64,000 nucleotides of DNA from positions 241,067 to 305,066 of the forward strand of contig DATKWK010000035.1 in assembly GCA_035529595.1 (NCBI GenBank), read 5' to 3'. The translations under genes were made by a program, and so were the position numbers. Of the stretch, positions 46,976 to 56,377 are shown piece after piece. This stretch comes from Candidatus Bathyarchaeia archaeon. Its GTDB lineage: Bacteria > Patescibacteriota > Microgenomatia > PFEM01 > JAFGMK01. The notes below the pieces were generated by a model, which searched no databases, had not been told where the DNA came from, and worked only from the letters and a program-made list of their open reading frames with translations. Within the stretch, counting starts at the first letter, position 1. Each line of letters opens with the position of its first letter.

Positions 46976-47719
46976 ATGTTAGACCACTTGGAAGAAGAAC
47001 TTAATATCGATGAACCTTCGGAACAAGGTGAAGCTAAAAAAGGGGAGCCTGTATTTACATCCTATATATTAGAGCCTCTTTATTCTGGATGGCTTAACCT
47101 TTGCAGACCAGAAGGAACAGAATACTTTGTAATTGTAGACCTTCGCCCCGATTCTGGCGTAAAACGGGTGAAGACCGAAACAACGTTTGAAGGTTTGAAT
47201 CCTTCGGAAAACCGGATTGTAGAAGCTTCTTTAAAAGCAGCTGATTCTTATTTAACAGATGGTCATTTGAGAGATCTAAGAGCCTATTACCAGTCCTGGA
47301 GAGAAATTAAAGCTGCCGATCAAGTAACCGACCAATTAGCTTACTACGATCCAACAGTATTAGAAGGTGGTGGAGAAGTTGGTTTAAGGGTAGAGCCTGA
47401 ACTCAAAGAATATCTGGTTTTTCAAGATGATAGAGCTTTAGACGAGATAAAAAGAGATCTTCTTGGTGAGTCTCTAGAGGCTTGGCTTCAGACATTCAGA
47501 GAAAAATTTGAAAAAAGTGAGCCATTTTTTTTTAATTATTTTGTTTTTACATCTTTTGGTGGTTATAAGTATAAAAAGGGATCGGATGGCGAATTAAGAC
47601 AAACTAAAAGAGTTCGTGAAGGCCGGAGACCACCCGTAGAAGTTGAAGATAAACCTATAACTTGGGATACATTTGAAGAAACTGCAAGGAAGTTCGTCTT
47701 CGCAGAATTGTCCACTTAA
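46976..47719 (+). CDS. Acidic hypothetical protein flanked by 59-bp direct repeats
   Basis: ORF 247 aa, no recognisable motif. Confidence 0.6.
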   Translation: MLDHLEEELNIDEPSEQGEAKKGEPVFTSYILEPLYSGWLNLCRPEGTEYFVIVDLRPDSGVKRVKTETTFEGLNPSENRIVEASLKAADSYLTDGHLRDLRAYYQSWREIKAADQVTDQLAYYDPTVLEGGGEVGLRVEPELKEYLVFQDDRALDEIKRDLLGESLEAWLQTFREKFEKSEPFFFNYFVFTSFGGYKYKKGSDGELRQTKRVREGRRPPVEVEDKPITWDTFEETARKFVFAELST

Positions 47720-47752
47720 AAAGTGAAATAGGTAGTCACTCTTGGAATAGAA

Positions 47753-47811
47753 TTCTTTCACGCCCGGTGTGTAATTGTATTGACAACTTAGGTATTTGGT
47801 AATATTTTTTA
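47753..47811. repeat. 59-bp direct repeat R2, adjacent to tRNA 3' end
   Basis: 55/59 identical to 46808-46866. Confidence 0.9.
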
Positions 47812-47815
47812 TCTG

Positions 47816-47888
47816 TGACCCCACGGGGATTCGAACCCCGATTACTGGGATGAGAACCCAGTGTCCTAAACCGTTAGACGATGGGGCC
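47816..47888 (-). tRNA. tRNA-Glu (CTC), CCA not encoded
   Basis: GGCCCCA...TGGGGTCA acceptor stem; anticodon arm CTGGG-TTCTCAT-CCCAG; GGTTCGAATCC T-arm. Confidence 0.95.
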
Positions 47889-47936
47889 GTGACCAGCTTA
47901 TTTTAGCAGAATGACGATCAGGTTAGCAAGAAAACA

Positions 47937-48662
47937 TCAGCTCTTTTGAGACCTGAAGAGAGGAGCAATAAAAAGTTCGTAAAACCAACCAAGAGGAATT
48001 GAACCAAGACAAATATTAACCGACTCATCAAGAATCCTTGACAGCCAGAACAAAAAAATTGAGTCAGAGATATCAAAAGCGTTATTTCCGGCCAAATATA
48101 TAAACATTATCCACATCCCGGTAAAAATAAGAAAGACGGACAAATTCCTTAAGGGTTTCTTTTTGCGAAAAAGTTTACCGGCCAAAACCACTATCAGCAA
48201 TACAAAAATGAGGATAAAAAACATGAGGATAAAACTGCCAATAATCCGGTCAATATCGCTAAACTTTTCCCTCGCTATTTGTTTCCAGAAAAGATCAATC
48301 TCATCATTAATCAAAGAAAGCAGAAAAAAGGCCAAGGCGACCGAAAACAAAAAAGTCGATACCGGAGGCTTGAAACTAATTATTTCCGCGTGTCTGCTCT
48401 CCGGCATCTTGAAAGTTTTTGAGTTAGATAAGGCATTACTTACCAAAAATAAAACTAATGCCAATCCGGCAAGCATTGCTATGGACAAGCCTGAAACCGA
48501 ATAAGACTGGTAATCTTTACCCAGTGAAATTCTTCCAAACAGCAAGTCAGGTAAGTTATAAGCAAGAACAAGAGCTGCCAGAATTATACCGATATAGGCT
48601 GAAGCCGAAAACCAAAATTGGCCAAAATCAAGAAAAAGAAGCACCTTTTTAACCTTCTTCAT
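47937..48662 (-). CDS. Hypothetical polytopic membrane protein
   Basis: About 6 TM segments; ATG at 48662. Confidence 0.6.
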   Translation of the reverse strand: MKKVKKVLLFLDFGQFWFSASAYIGIILAALVLAYNLPDLLFGRISLGKDYQSYSVSGLSIAMLAGLALVLFLVSNALSNSKTFKMPESRHAEIISFKPPVSTFLFSVALAFFLLSLINDEIDLFWKQIAREKFSDIDRIIGSFILMFFILIFVLLIVVLAGKLFRKKKPLRNLSVFLIFTGMWIMFIYLAGNNAFDISDSIFLFWLSRILDESVNICLGSIPLGWFYELFIAPLFRSQKS

Positions 48663-48685
48663 ATTTGACCAAGCCAAAGATTTAA

Positions 48686-50758
48686 TCAAAAAGAAATTTG
48701 CTTGATTTCCTGCCAACTTTTTTCGTCCAGAACGACAATTCGGTCATCGGCAATAATGTACAAGTAATCATTTATATAAACTGCCCGACGGGCAACAATA
48801 TCCTTAACCTCGGCCTTCAGCTCAAGCTTATTATCCCGGTAGCTGAAAACATAACCGCCGTTGCTGGCCGGCAAGAAGAACACCTTATACTTGGGATCGA
48901 TTAAAAACGCATGGTGGGTTTGTAAAATATCTGACCAAAACTGATCCAGCAGGTATTTATCTTCTTCAACCGGATTGCTGGCCGAAAGCACGTTGAATAA
49001 AGAAATTTTTACCCGTGATCCCTCTTCACCGATTCCCAAGATATATTTACTGTCAATTGGATGCAAATAAGACGAATAGCCGGGGACTTTCAATTCACCG
49101 GCAAGCTGGGGGTTACGCGGCTGGCTCAGATCGAGAATATGAAACGGGTCTACCTGTCTGAAGGTAACCAAATAACCTTTATCTTCAATAAAACGGGCTG
49201 AATAGATCTGTTCCCCCAATCCCAAATCCCGAATCGAACCGGTGACTTTTAAATCTTTATCAAGAACATAAACATCGTTTGCGCTTTGACCACCGCCAAA
49301 ACTGCCGATAAAAGTATCGCCTATCGTTACGGCCAGTCGCAAATTATCCCGATACTCATCCAGAGAAAATTGGTTTAACAGATGTCCCGGAACTCCAGCC
49401 GCAGCCACTACTTCTAATTTAGTCAAGTTGATCTTGACGATGCCGGTCTTTTCCAGTTCCCTTTTATTTTTCCGGTAGAACGCGTCCATCTGCTGTTGTA
49501 AACTGTTTTCTAATTGTTTTCTTTGTTCTTCGTCTAAAGAATTGTAAAGTTGTTGAAGGGCCAAACTTATCTCCACCATTTTTGATTGTTCACTGATCTG
49601 ATATTCTTTTAATTCGGCTATTCTCTCAAAAATCCAGGCAGGAATTAAGCCCTTACCTTCTTGTTCAAGAAAAGCATAATAAAAATCAGCCAAACCGGAC
49701 TGGCAGAAATAAGTAAGATAGAGAGACTTCGGTGACATATAAATCAGCGAAGAATCAGCGGGACCGGCAAAAGCCAATGTATCTTTAACTTTACCGGTAT
49801 TGGGATCGGTGACAAAAATAGTATAAACCGCATCGAGAGGAACTGCCGCTAATGGCCGATAAATTTCATTGCAGGAAAGACTAATCTCTGTCTGGCCCTG
49901 AGTCATGGGGGTAATCGGACAAGGTTTTCCCGGATTGATCGTTTGTTTGATAACAGTATAAATCTCCTTCTGATAAAGACGGGCGCTGACTAATTTATTC
50001 TGGTCTTTAAATTGAATCACCCATTTTTCTTTTGGATTGGCAGAATCGGAAATATCGAATCCGTAAATTTGTGAATCAGTAAAAATCACCAAAGATTTGT
50101 CGTTGATAAGCAGATCGCCCCTTTTACTTATCGGAGTCCTTAATGACAAAGACGCAGGCGGAAAAGCATTGATAACCTGGACCTGGTCCTTGGGACCGGC
50201 AATTTTCTCTTCCTGTATCAAACCCGGCTGACGCACTAGCGGGTAAGCATAAAAAGTCGAGGAAAAATAGATATCGGAGCCGTCTGTTTTAACAATATCC
50301 GGTTCGTCAATCCCTTTGACCTGAACATTTGTCCCCGATACGCGCTCCGGCGACCAGCCCTTTTCCTGGTCAAAAGACTCTGCCGGAGAAAAAGAAGCCG
50401 GTTCCTGATTCAGTCTCAATAAACCGGTATTAAAAGGATCGGTTAATCCGGAAGGCGCTTTTTGGAGATAATTCCTGAATTCGTCTTCTGATTTAAATTT
50501 TTCGATGCCGGGTTTAAACGTAAAAATCGGCTGAGACTGGGTGGCCGTTTTGGTTTTCAAGGATTCGGACGGGGCTTTTTTCTGTCTGTTCCAAAAAAAT
50601 CCGCCGGCGATCAGGAATAGGGACAAAAAAAGACTCAAAAACATCACCTTGGACAGGGCGCTTTTCTTGACGATTGCCTGGGAACCAGAAAACACGGCTT
50701 TACCAGGCAAATTCTGCTGATTCTTATTAAGATCAGAATTTTGATTTTTTAAAACCAT
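48686..50758 (-). CDS. Membrane-anchored beta-propeller domain protein
   Basis: SGTNVQV.GIDEPDIVKTDG, LLNQFSLDEY, TFRQVDP, GELKVPGYSSYLHP. Confidence 0.85.
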   Translation of the reverse strand: MVLKNQNSDLNKNQQNLPGKAVFSGSQAIVKKSALSKVMFLSLFLSLFLIAGGFFWNRQKKAPSESLKTKTATQSQPIFTFKPGIEKFKSEDEFRNYLQKAPSGLTDPFNTGLLRLNQEPASFSPAESFDQEKGWSPERVSGTNVQVKGIDEPDIVKTDGSDIYFSSTFYAYPLVRQPGLIQEEKIAGPKDQVQVINAFPPASLSLRTPISKRGDLLINDKSLVIFTDSQIYGFDISDSANPKEKWVIQFKDQNKLVSARLYQKEIYTVIKQTINPGKPCPITPMTQGQTEISLSCNEIYRPLAAVPLDAVYTIFVTDPNTGKVKDTLAFAGPADSSLIYMSPKSLYLTYFCQSGLADFYYAFLEQEGKGLIPAWIFERIAELKEYQISEQSKMVEISLALQQLYNSLDEEQRKQLENSLQQQMDAFYRKNKRELEKTGIVKINLTKLEVVAAAGVPGHLLNQFSLDEYRDNLRLAVTIGDTFIGSFGGGQSANDVYVLDKDLKVTGSIRDLGLGEQIYSARFIEDKGYLVTFRQVDPFHILDLSQPRNPQLAGELKVPGYSSYLHPIDSKYILGIGEEGSRVKISLFNVLSASNPVEEDKYLLDQFWSDILQTHHAFLIDPKYKVFFLPASNGGYVFSYRDNKLELKAEVKDIVARRAVYINDYLYIIADDRIVVLDEKSWQEIKQISF

Positions 50759-50846
50759 TTTTGGGGTATAAAAATGTTTCTTTATCTAAGCCAATTATCC
50801 AAAATCGTTAACAGTTATACAAGAACCAGTCCGGAAAACCCCTAAA

Positions 50847-51884
50847 TTATTCAGCCTGTGGTATCTTTTGCATGGCTTGCTGATACATCTTTAAGATCCG
50901 GTCTTCCAGTTGTTTAATATTTTCTTTGGTAGCGGCTGAAATGATTACGAAATTATGCTCTCTTTTTGAGAAAGAATTTTTTATGGTGATAATTTGCCTT
51001 TTATTAAGCAAATCTTGTTTATTAACAACTACCAAGCCAGGCGTATCGAGAAGTTTTTTATTATAAGCTTCTAATTCAGCCTGGATCTGCTTAAATTGAC
51101 TTAATAAAGACCGGGTTAATTGCCTTCCCTTCAGGTTAAGCTCCTGCTCCCGGGGAGATAACAGATAAATGAACAACTGGCAGCGCTCGATATGCTTTAA
51201 AAATTGAATGCCCAAGCCCTTTCCTTTGGAGGCGCCTTCTATTAATCCGGGGATATCAGCAATCACCAAACCGTTTTGTTGACCAGGGATTTTCATAATT
51301 CCGAGGTTGGGTGAAAGAGTCGTAAAAGGGTAACTGGCGATTTTCGGTTTTGCCTTAGTAAGAACAGAAAGAAGGGTACTTTTGCCGGCATTGGGCTCGC
51401 CAACTAAGCCGACCTGGGCCAAAACTTTCAATTCTAACTGCAACTGATACTCTTCGCCAAAATGTCCTGCCTCTGCTTCCCGGGGAGTGGTATTAGTACT
51501 GCTTCGAAAATACCAGTTACCGCGACCGCCTTTCCCGCCTTTGGCGATACAAAATTGCATATCCGGTTGATCAAGATCAACCAAAAGACGGTCGTTGCAG
51601 TAAACCACGGTTCCTACCGGAACCGGCAGGAAAATGTCTTCACCGTCTTTGCCATGCTTTTTGGCCCCTCCTCCCGGCCGGCCATCTTCAGCCTGGAAAA
51701 TGCTTCTTCCGGAAAAGAAACGCAGAGTGTTTAGATTGGGTTCGGTGAAAAGATAAACTGATCCGCCGTCACCGCCGTCACCGCCATCCGGTCCGCCTTT
51801 GGGAACAAATTTCTCCCGCCGAAAGCTAACCCGGCCGTTACCGCCGTCACCGGCTTTAATTTTAAATTGAACCTCGTCAATCAT
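50847..51884 (-). CDS. obgE: GTPase Obg
   Basis: AGDGGNG..SFRREKFVPKGGPDGGDGG, PNAGKST, YPFTT, DIPG, NKQD. Confidence 0.97.
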   Translation of the reverse strand: MIDEVQFKIKAGDGGNGRVSFRREKFVPKGGPDGGDGGDGGSVYLFTEPNLNTLRFFSGRSIFQAEDGRPGGGAKKHGKDGEDIFLPVPVGTVVYCNDRLLVDLDQPDMQFCIAKGGKGGRGNWYFRSSTNTTPREAEAGHFGEEYQLQLELKVLAQVGLVGEPNAGKSTLLSVLTKAKPKIASYPFTTLSPNLGIMKIPGQQNGLVIADIPGLIEGASKGKGLGIQFLKHIERCQLFIYLLSPREQELNLKGRQLTRSLLSQFKQIQAELEAYNKKLLDTPGLVVVNKQDLLNKRQIITIKNSFSKREHNFVIISAATKENIKQLEDRILKMYQQAMQKIPQAE

Positions 51885-52000
51885 TCTTCTTAGTATATCA
51901 ATAAAAAGCTAATATATTCGGAGGAATTATTTTGTCTTTATTCTTTAATTGAAATTCGAAGTGATTTCATTTTAAGACAAAATCTTGGTGGTTTACTTAG

Positions 52001-52867
52001 TTAAAGAATTAGGACAGCCTCATCATCTCTGCCGGATTTCCGGCCAATATAGATATCTTGATTAAACTCATTAACACCAACCAATTCGGCCTCTGCGCGT
52101 AAAATTGACTCATAAGGCCGACAGGCAGAACAGCCGTCTTTCTGGGGACACTTAAACCGCTCTAGCTGGCGAATAAGCTTAATGCGCTTGCCGATCTTTA
52201 AGACCCTTCTGTGGGCTTCTTTAAGATCAGGCAGAGCCTCTTCAGTCGGTTGATCGTTTCGTTCCAGATGCCAATAACTTACTTTGGTAACCGGTCTTTT
52301 TTGGCAATTACGTGCCAGCAGAAAATAAATCGGCAGTTGTAACGATTTAGGACTTTCGCCGGCCTTTCCGGTTTTGAAGTCAATGATGTGAACGCTATCG
52401 CTAGCCGGCAGATATTCCAGCCAGTCAATCTTACCGCAAAGAATCAGATTATCTTCTTCCGAAAGCCAATAGAAAGGCAAATTTGTCTTCAGTTTAAGAG
52501 CCAGATTAGACAAAGGTCCGGGGTTTTTTGCCAACCGGCTAATCATCTCTATGCCACGACTTCGATATCTGGCTTCGATCTTCGGATCTATAAATCCACC
52601 TTTTTTTCCGCTCAACTTTTGCCAAATACGGGCAAATATATCCATTAAAGGCTCATTAAATCGCCTGTCTTTAGGCAATAGCGAAAGCAATTCAACCACT
52701 TCATGAACCGCCTGACCTAAAGCTAAAGGAGGAGTCATTAATTTAATTTTGTGGCCGGTATTGGGATCACGATAAATGTTTTTCAGATAATAAGCCCGGG
52801 AGCATTTCAAAAAATCGCTAATCGAGGTATGGGAAATCCAAACCGCAGTATAACGATCAACTGCCAT
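52001..52867 (-). CDS. PD-(D/E)XK nuclease (AddB/Cas4-like) with four Cys
   Basis: S.TS...F..C, GKID, IIDFKTG, QL..Y, C-terminal C.....C..C. Confidence 0.85.
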   Translation of the reverse strand: MAVDRYTAVWISHTSISDFLKCSRAYYLKNIYRDPNTGHKIKLMTPPLALGQAVHEVVELLSLLPKDRRFNEPLMDIFARIWQKLSGKKGGFIDPKIEARYRSRGIEMISRLAKNPGPLSNLALKLKTNLPFYWLSEEDNLILCGKIDWLEYLPASDSVHIIDFKTGKAGESPKSLQLPIYFLLARNCQKRPVTKVSYWHLERNDQPTEEALPDLKEAHRRVLKIGKRIKLIRQLERFKCPQKDGCSACRPYESILRAEAELVGVNEFNQDIYIGRKSGRDDEAVLIL

Positions 52868-52920
52868 GATTTTCTTGCCAAAAAAAATTATTTATTTTTT
52901 ATAAGAGGGTCATCAGATGT

Positions 52921-53493
52921 TTATTCGATACAACAATCAACTACCTTTTTTACCAATTCTCCCAGTTTATCAAAAAAATTATTGCCTTTTCTGGTGGCGA
53001 TTGTTTGTGAATTGACAAACTCGGCCTGATTAAAACCCATCTCTTTTAAACTGGCTTTGATACTGTTACTTTTAACGACCCCCAAATTTATACCCCAAAA
53101 TAAGGAATACAACTTGTAGGCCAGATTAAAAAATTCCCACGCTTCTTGTTTCTGATTATTGCTTAAACTCTTAGTTCCAACTTCATTCAGACGCATTGAG
53201 GCGGCTAAAAGATGCTTACTGATGCACCAAGCTTCGCCTTCGTAATCCTTAATAATCTTTTTGAGAAGAGTTTTTCGCATCTCCCGAACCTGGTTTAAAA
53301 CGTCAAGATAAGCAATTTTCCCTGTCTTCGTCGCCGTAAAGAAAAGGTGCTCTTCGATACCAACCAAATTCATAATCGCTACTGACAAATCTTCTTGCGT
53401 AGATAGGTCAAATTTACCCTGCTTTTGTATTTTTTTGACCTTACCAAGCAAATTCTGAACATCTTTTTCCAAATCCGGATTACTTTTAGTCAT
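52921..53493 (-). CDS. Hypothetical helical protein
   Basis: EEH, WCISKH, terminal DCCIE. Confidence 0.65.
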   Translation of the reverse strand: MTKSNPDLEKDVQNLLGKVKKIQKQGKFDLSTQEDLSVAIMNLVGIEEHLFFTATKTGKIAYLDVLNQVREMRKTLLKKIIKDYEGEAWCISKHLLAASMRLNEVGTKSLSNNQKQEAWEFFNLAYKLYSLFWGINLGVVKSNSIKASLKEMGFNQAEFVNSQTIATRKGNNFFDKLGELVKKVVDCCIE

Positions 53494-53496
53494 TTT

Positions 53497-53955
53497 CTAG
53501 CAAAAAACTAACTGAAAGATTAAACTTGTCGAAACTACCATTGCTAACGGAATCGCTACTTTCTGAAAAGGGAAAAATACTTTCCCTTGGTTTTTACTTC
53601 TTAACCACCGGTCAAGCAAATTCCCTAAAAAAATGAGAATCGTTCCTAAGGTTAAGCCAAACAATATTTTATCCAAGCCCCACAACTGGCACGATGGATG
53701 ACCGATTTTTCCTTGCAGATAAAGAGTCGCTACTGTTAACAGATAAAAAATCAATGTCCAGGAAATCTCAGGTTTCGGCAATTTGATTTTATGGAATTTT
53801 TGCGCTAACCAAAGCGCGCTCACGGTTACCAAAGCGCCAATCCAAATCGCCGCCACTAAATCATCAACACCCAGCATTTTCGCCATTGCCAAGCCGCCGC
53901 CGACGGCAATCATACAGACCGGACAGGTAGCCAAGACTGGTTTTACGAATATCAT
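53497..53955 (-). CDS. Membrane protein with N-terminal CxxC
   Basis: CPVC..AV.GGL.....LGVDD, several TMs. Confidence 0.65.
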   Translation of the reverse strand: MIFVKPVLATCPVCMIAVGGGLAMAKMLGVDDLVAAIWIGALVTVSALWLAQKFHKIKLPKPEISWTLIFYLLTVATLYLQGKIGHPSCQLWGLDKILFGLTLGTILIFLGNLLDRWLRSKNQGKVFFPFQKVAIPLAMVVSTSLIFQLVFC

Positions 53956-54097
53956 AAATATTTTTTACTAAATAACTTATTTTCTTAAAAAGCTGTTAAA
54001 TTATACCTCAGCCTCTCAAGTAATTATACACCGAAACAGACTAAAACCAAAAAACATTCACTTCATAAAACCCTATAGGGTTTGTTATAATAAAAAC

Positions 54098-55588
54098 GTG
54101 GGTAAAGAAACGGGACTAAAAATATCCGGAAACGAGTACGTTCCTGGTAAAGCCATCGAAACGGTCTTAATCGCCTTGGAAGCACTGGGTGTGACTGCCG
54201 ACCTAAATGGTTGGTCCGGCGTAGTGTCTGATGAAAAGCCATCGGAGACAATCCTGACACTCTATTCTTGCAGAAACAGGACAACCGCAGCAACTGAAGA
54301 CCTGGCGATAGATATCAGTTTTTTCAGAGGGCTGGGAGAAATATCATTAGCCCAGGCGGCCGTTACCCAAATTACGGTCACCAGAAGATCACGGAGTGCA
54401 AGCGGGACAGAAACAGTAATTAGCGCTCGGACCAATAAAGCAGAATTGAAAGGCAGTTCTCTTGTCTGGCAAGCCGTTAGTTTTCAAAACTTTGAGGAGG
54501 TAGAATTTGCAGCTCTTGGTTTCTACGGGAAAAAAGATATCTTATCAGCTGCTGTTAAAACGAAAGGACAACCAAAAATCCGGTCTGCATATTTGGTCGA
54601 ACCGGATTATGGCCTTAGTCAAGGCTCTATCCCTACCCGTTTAATCAGCCGAAAAAAATTAAGACAACTGCTCTGGCAGCTAAGCGAAGCCTTAAATTTA
54701 CCGCCGGGAGCTTATATAAGCGATACTTTTGACGTAAGCAATTTTTTCAATCATCTGATTACTATTCATAAACCATCAATTCCGGAAATAATGGCTGCTG
54801 CGGTAATTTCTGCTGTTAAGGCACCTCCAGACTTAGCCATATTCCATACGGAAGCCGCTGGTATCCGCCGTTACATGGGATATGCGGAAGGGATCTTTTT
54901 CGACAACACGGCTGGCCATACCGTCCGCTGTATCAATCGCACCAATCGCCCCGAACAGTTACCTTCTTTATCCCGTCGGCAGGAATTAAACAGAAGGCTA
55001 TTTGAAGTTGTACAAAGAATCCTCTGGCTTCATGATCTGCCTGAGATTTTTACCGGTGACTACCTCGCTCCGGATAAAGACGCCCATCCAGAGCTGGCTG
55101 CCGCTGTAAGCGAAGAAGAACTGGCAGCCGCACATCAGCACTTCAGCCCGAAAGATGAAATTCTCTTGCTTGCCTTTAATCAGGCAAGCGCTGCTCTTAA
55201 AGAAGGGCAAACTACCGGTAGAATCCTACCCGAAGCCGTCATTGCCAAAATCATCGACATCGTCGACGGTAATGAATTCTTTCACTGGTCTTTGGCTCGT
55301 TGGGTGGCATCCGCAAGTTATGATCCGGCGATGATGCCGAATGAGAAAGCTCTTGTTTATACAATGGATTCTTACCAAAGATGCCGGGCAAGTTTAACCA
55401 GCCTGGGTTTAAACCTAAGATGTTTGAAGGTGACCACTGCGCTTTTGGTTAACCAATTGGCGTATGTTACCGCTCAATGGCAAAGAGTTCCACCAGAACG
55501 AATCCCGCCGATATTGGCTGCAAAATTGAAGTGGATAGAAGCAGAACTGCAAGAAGCTAAAGCAACCAATCAAGGCAAAATAATCTAG
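54098..55588 (+). CDS. Unknown N-terminal domain fused to YfbR-like HD domain
   Basis: IRRY...NTAGHT, LHDLPE..TGD...P.K, AK..D. Confidence 0.65.
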   Translation: MGKETGLKISGNEYVPGKAIETVLIALEALGVTADLNGWSGVVSDEKPSETILTLYSCRNRTTAATEDLAIDISFFRGLGEISLAQAAVTQITVTRRSRSASGTETVISARTNKAELKGSSLVWQAVSFQNFEEVEFAALGFYGKKDILSAAVKTKGQPKIRSAYLVEPDYGLSQGSIPTRLISRKKLRQLLWQLSEALNLPPGAYISDTFDVSNFFNHLITIHKPSIPEIMAAAVISAVKAPPDLAIFHTEAAGIRRYMGYAEGIFFDNTAGHTVRCINRTNRPEQLPSLSRRQELNRRLFEVVQRILWLHDLPEIFTGDYLAPDKDAHPELAAAVSEEELAAAHQHFSPKDEILLLAFNQASAALKEGQTTGRILPEAVIAKIIDIVDGNEFFHWSLARWVASASYDPAMMPNEKALVYTMDSYQRCRASLTSLGLNLRCLKVTTALLVNQLAYVTAQWQRVPPERIPPILAAKLKWIEAELQEAKATNQGKII

Positions 55589-55614
55589 AAAAGAAAAATA
55601 AGGCGCTCAATTTA

Positions 55615-56361
55615 TTAGGCTTCAATTTTGGAAAAAAGAAAACTCCCGATTGCCAAAACGATCAAACTAAGAAGAGTTAAAATTAAAATGTCCGAAGCCA
55701 AACCGAAATGGGAAACATTTACTAAGGTTTGGCGTAAACCGTCTACTCCGTAAGACAAAGGATTGAGACTGGTAATGGTTTGCAATAATTTAGGTACCCC
55801 CTGTAGAGGAAACAGGGCGCCTGAAAGGAAATAACTGGGCATCACCAGAAAATTCATGATCAGTTGAAATCCATGGAAATCCTCAAGCAGTGAGGCAATT
55901 GCCGTACCTACTGCAGTGTAGAAAAGGGATATCAAAAACATAACCAGCAGGGCAATGGGCAAAGATACCAGACTTACCGGCCGGAAACCAACAATGAGAC
56001 TCAGAATAAAAATCATAATTCCCTGGAAAACCGCAATCGTCGCTCCACCCAAAGTTCGACCGAGCATAATTTCAAATCGGGAAACCGGCGCTACCAAGGT
56101 CTCTTTTAAAAACCCAAATTGCCGATCCCAAATTAGTTCCACTCCGGAAAAAACGGCCAGAAAAATGATTCCCTGGGCAATTACTCCCGGAACAAGAAAA
56201 TTAAGATAACTGCCGCCACCGGCTTTGGCAAATACCGGTCCCAATCCATAGCCTAAAGCTACCAGAAAGAGAATCGGTTGGCCTAATGAACCGATTATCC
56301 GCGACCGCGATCTGAAATAACGCTTCAGTTGCCTTAACCAAAGTACATAGATAGTACTCAT
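55615..56361 (-). CDS. ABC-2 type exporter permease
   Basis: WDRQFGFLKE.LVAPVSR, FLSGALFP, NPLSYGVD. Confidence 0.9.
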   Translation of the reverse strand: MSTIYVLWLRQLKRYFRSRSRIIGSLGQPILFLVALGYGLGPVFAKAGGGSYLNFLVPGVIAQGIIFLAVFSGVELIWDRQFGFLKETLVAPVSRFEIMLGRTLGGATIAVFQGIMIFILSLIVGFRPVSLVSLPIALLVMFLISLFYTAVGTAIASLLEDFHGFQLIMNFLVMPSYFLSGALFPLQGVPKLLQTITSLNPLSYGVDGLRQTLVNVSHFGLASDILILTLLSLIVLAIGSFLFSKIEA

Positions 56362-56377
56362 AGTAAGTTTAAAAAAA

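Noticed and set aside
45897-47811. CRISPR array or DGR template/variable repeat
   Set aside because: Repeats are about 0.9 kb apart and intergenic, mismatches are not restricted to adenines, and no cas or reverse transcriptase gene is present.
52001-52867. Cas4 of a CRISPR system
   Set aside because: No cas1/cas2 or array; stand-alone PD-(D/E)XK nuclease.
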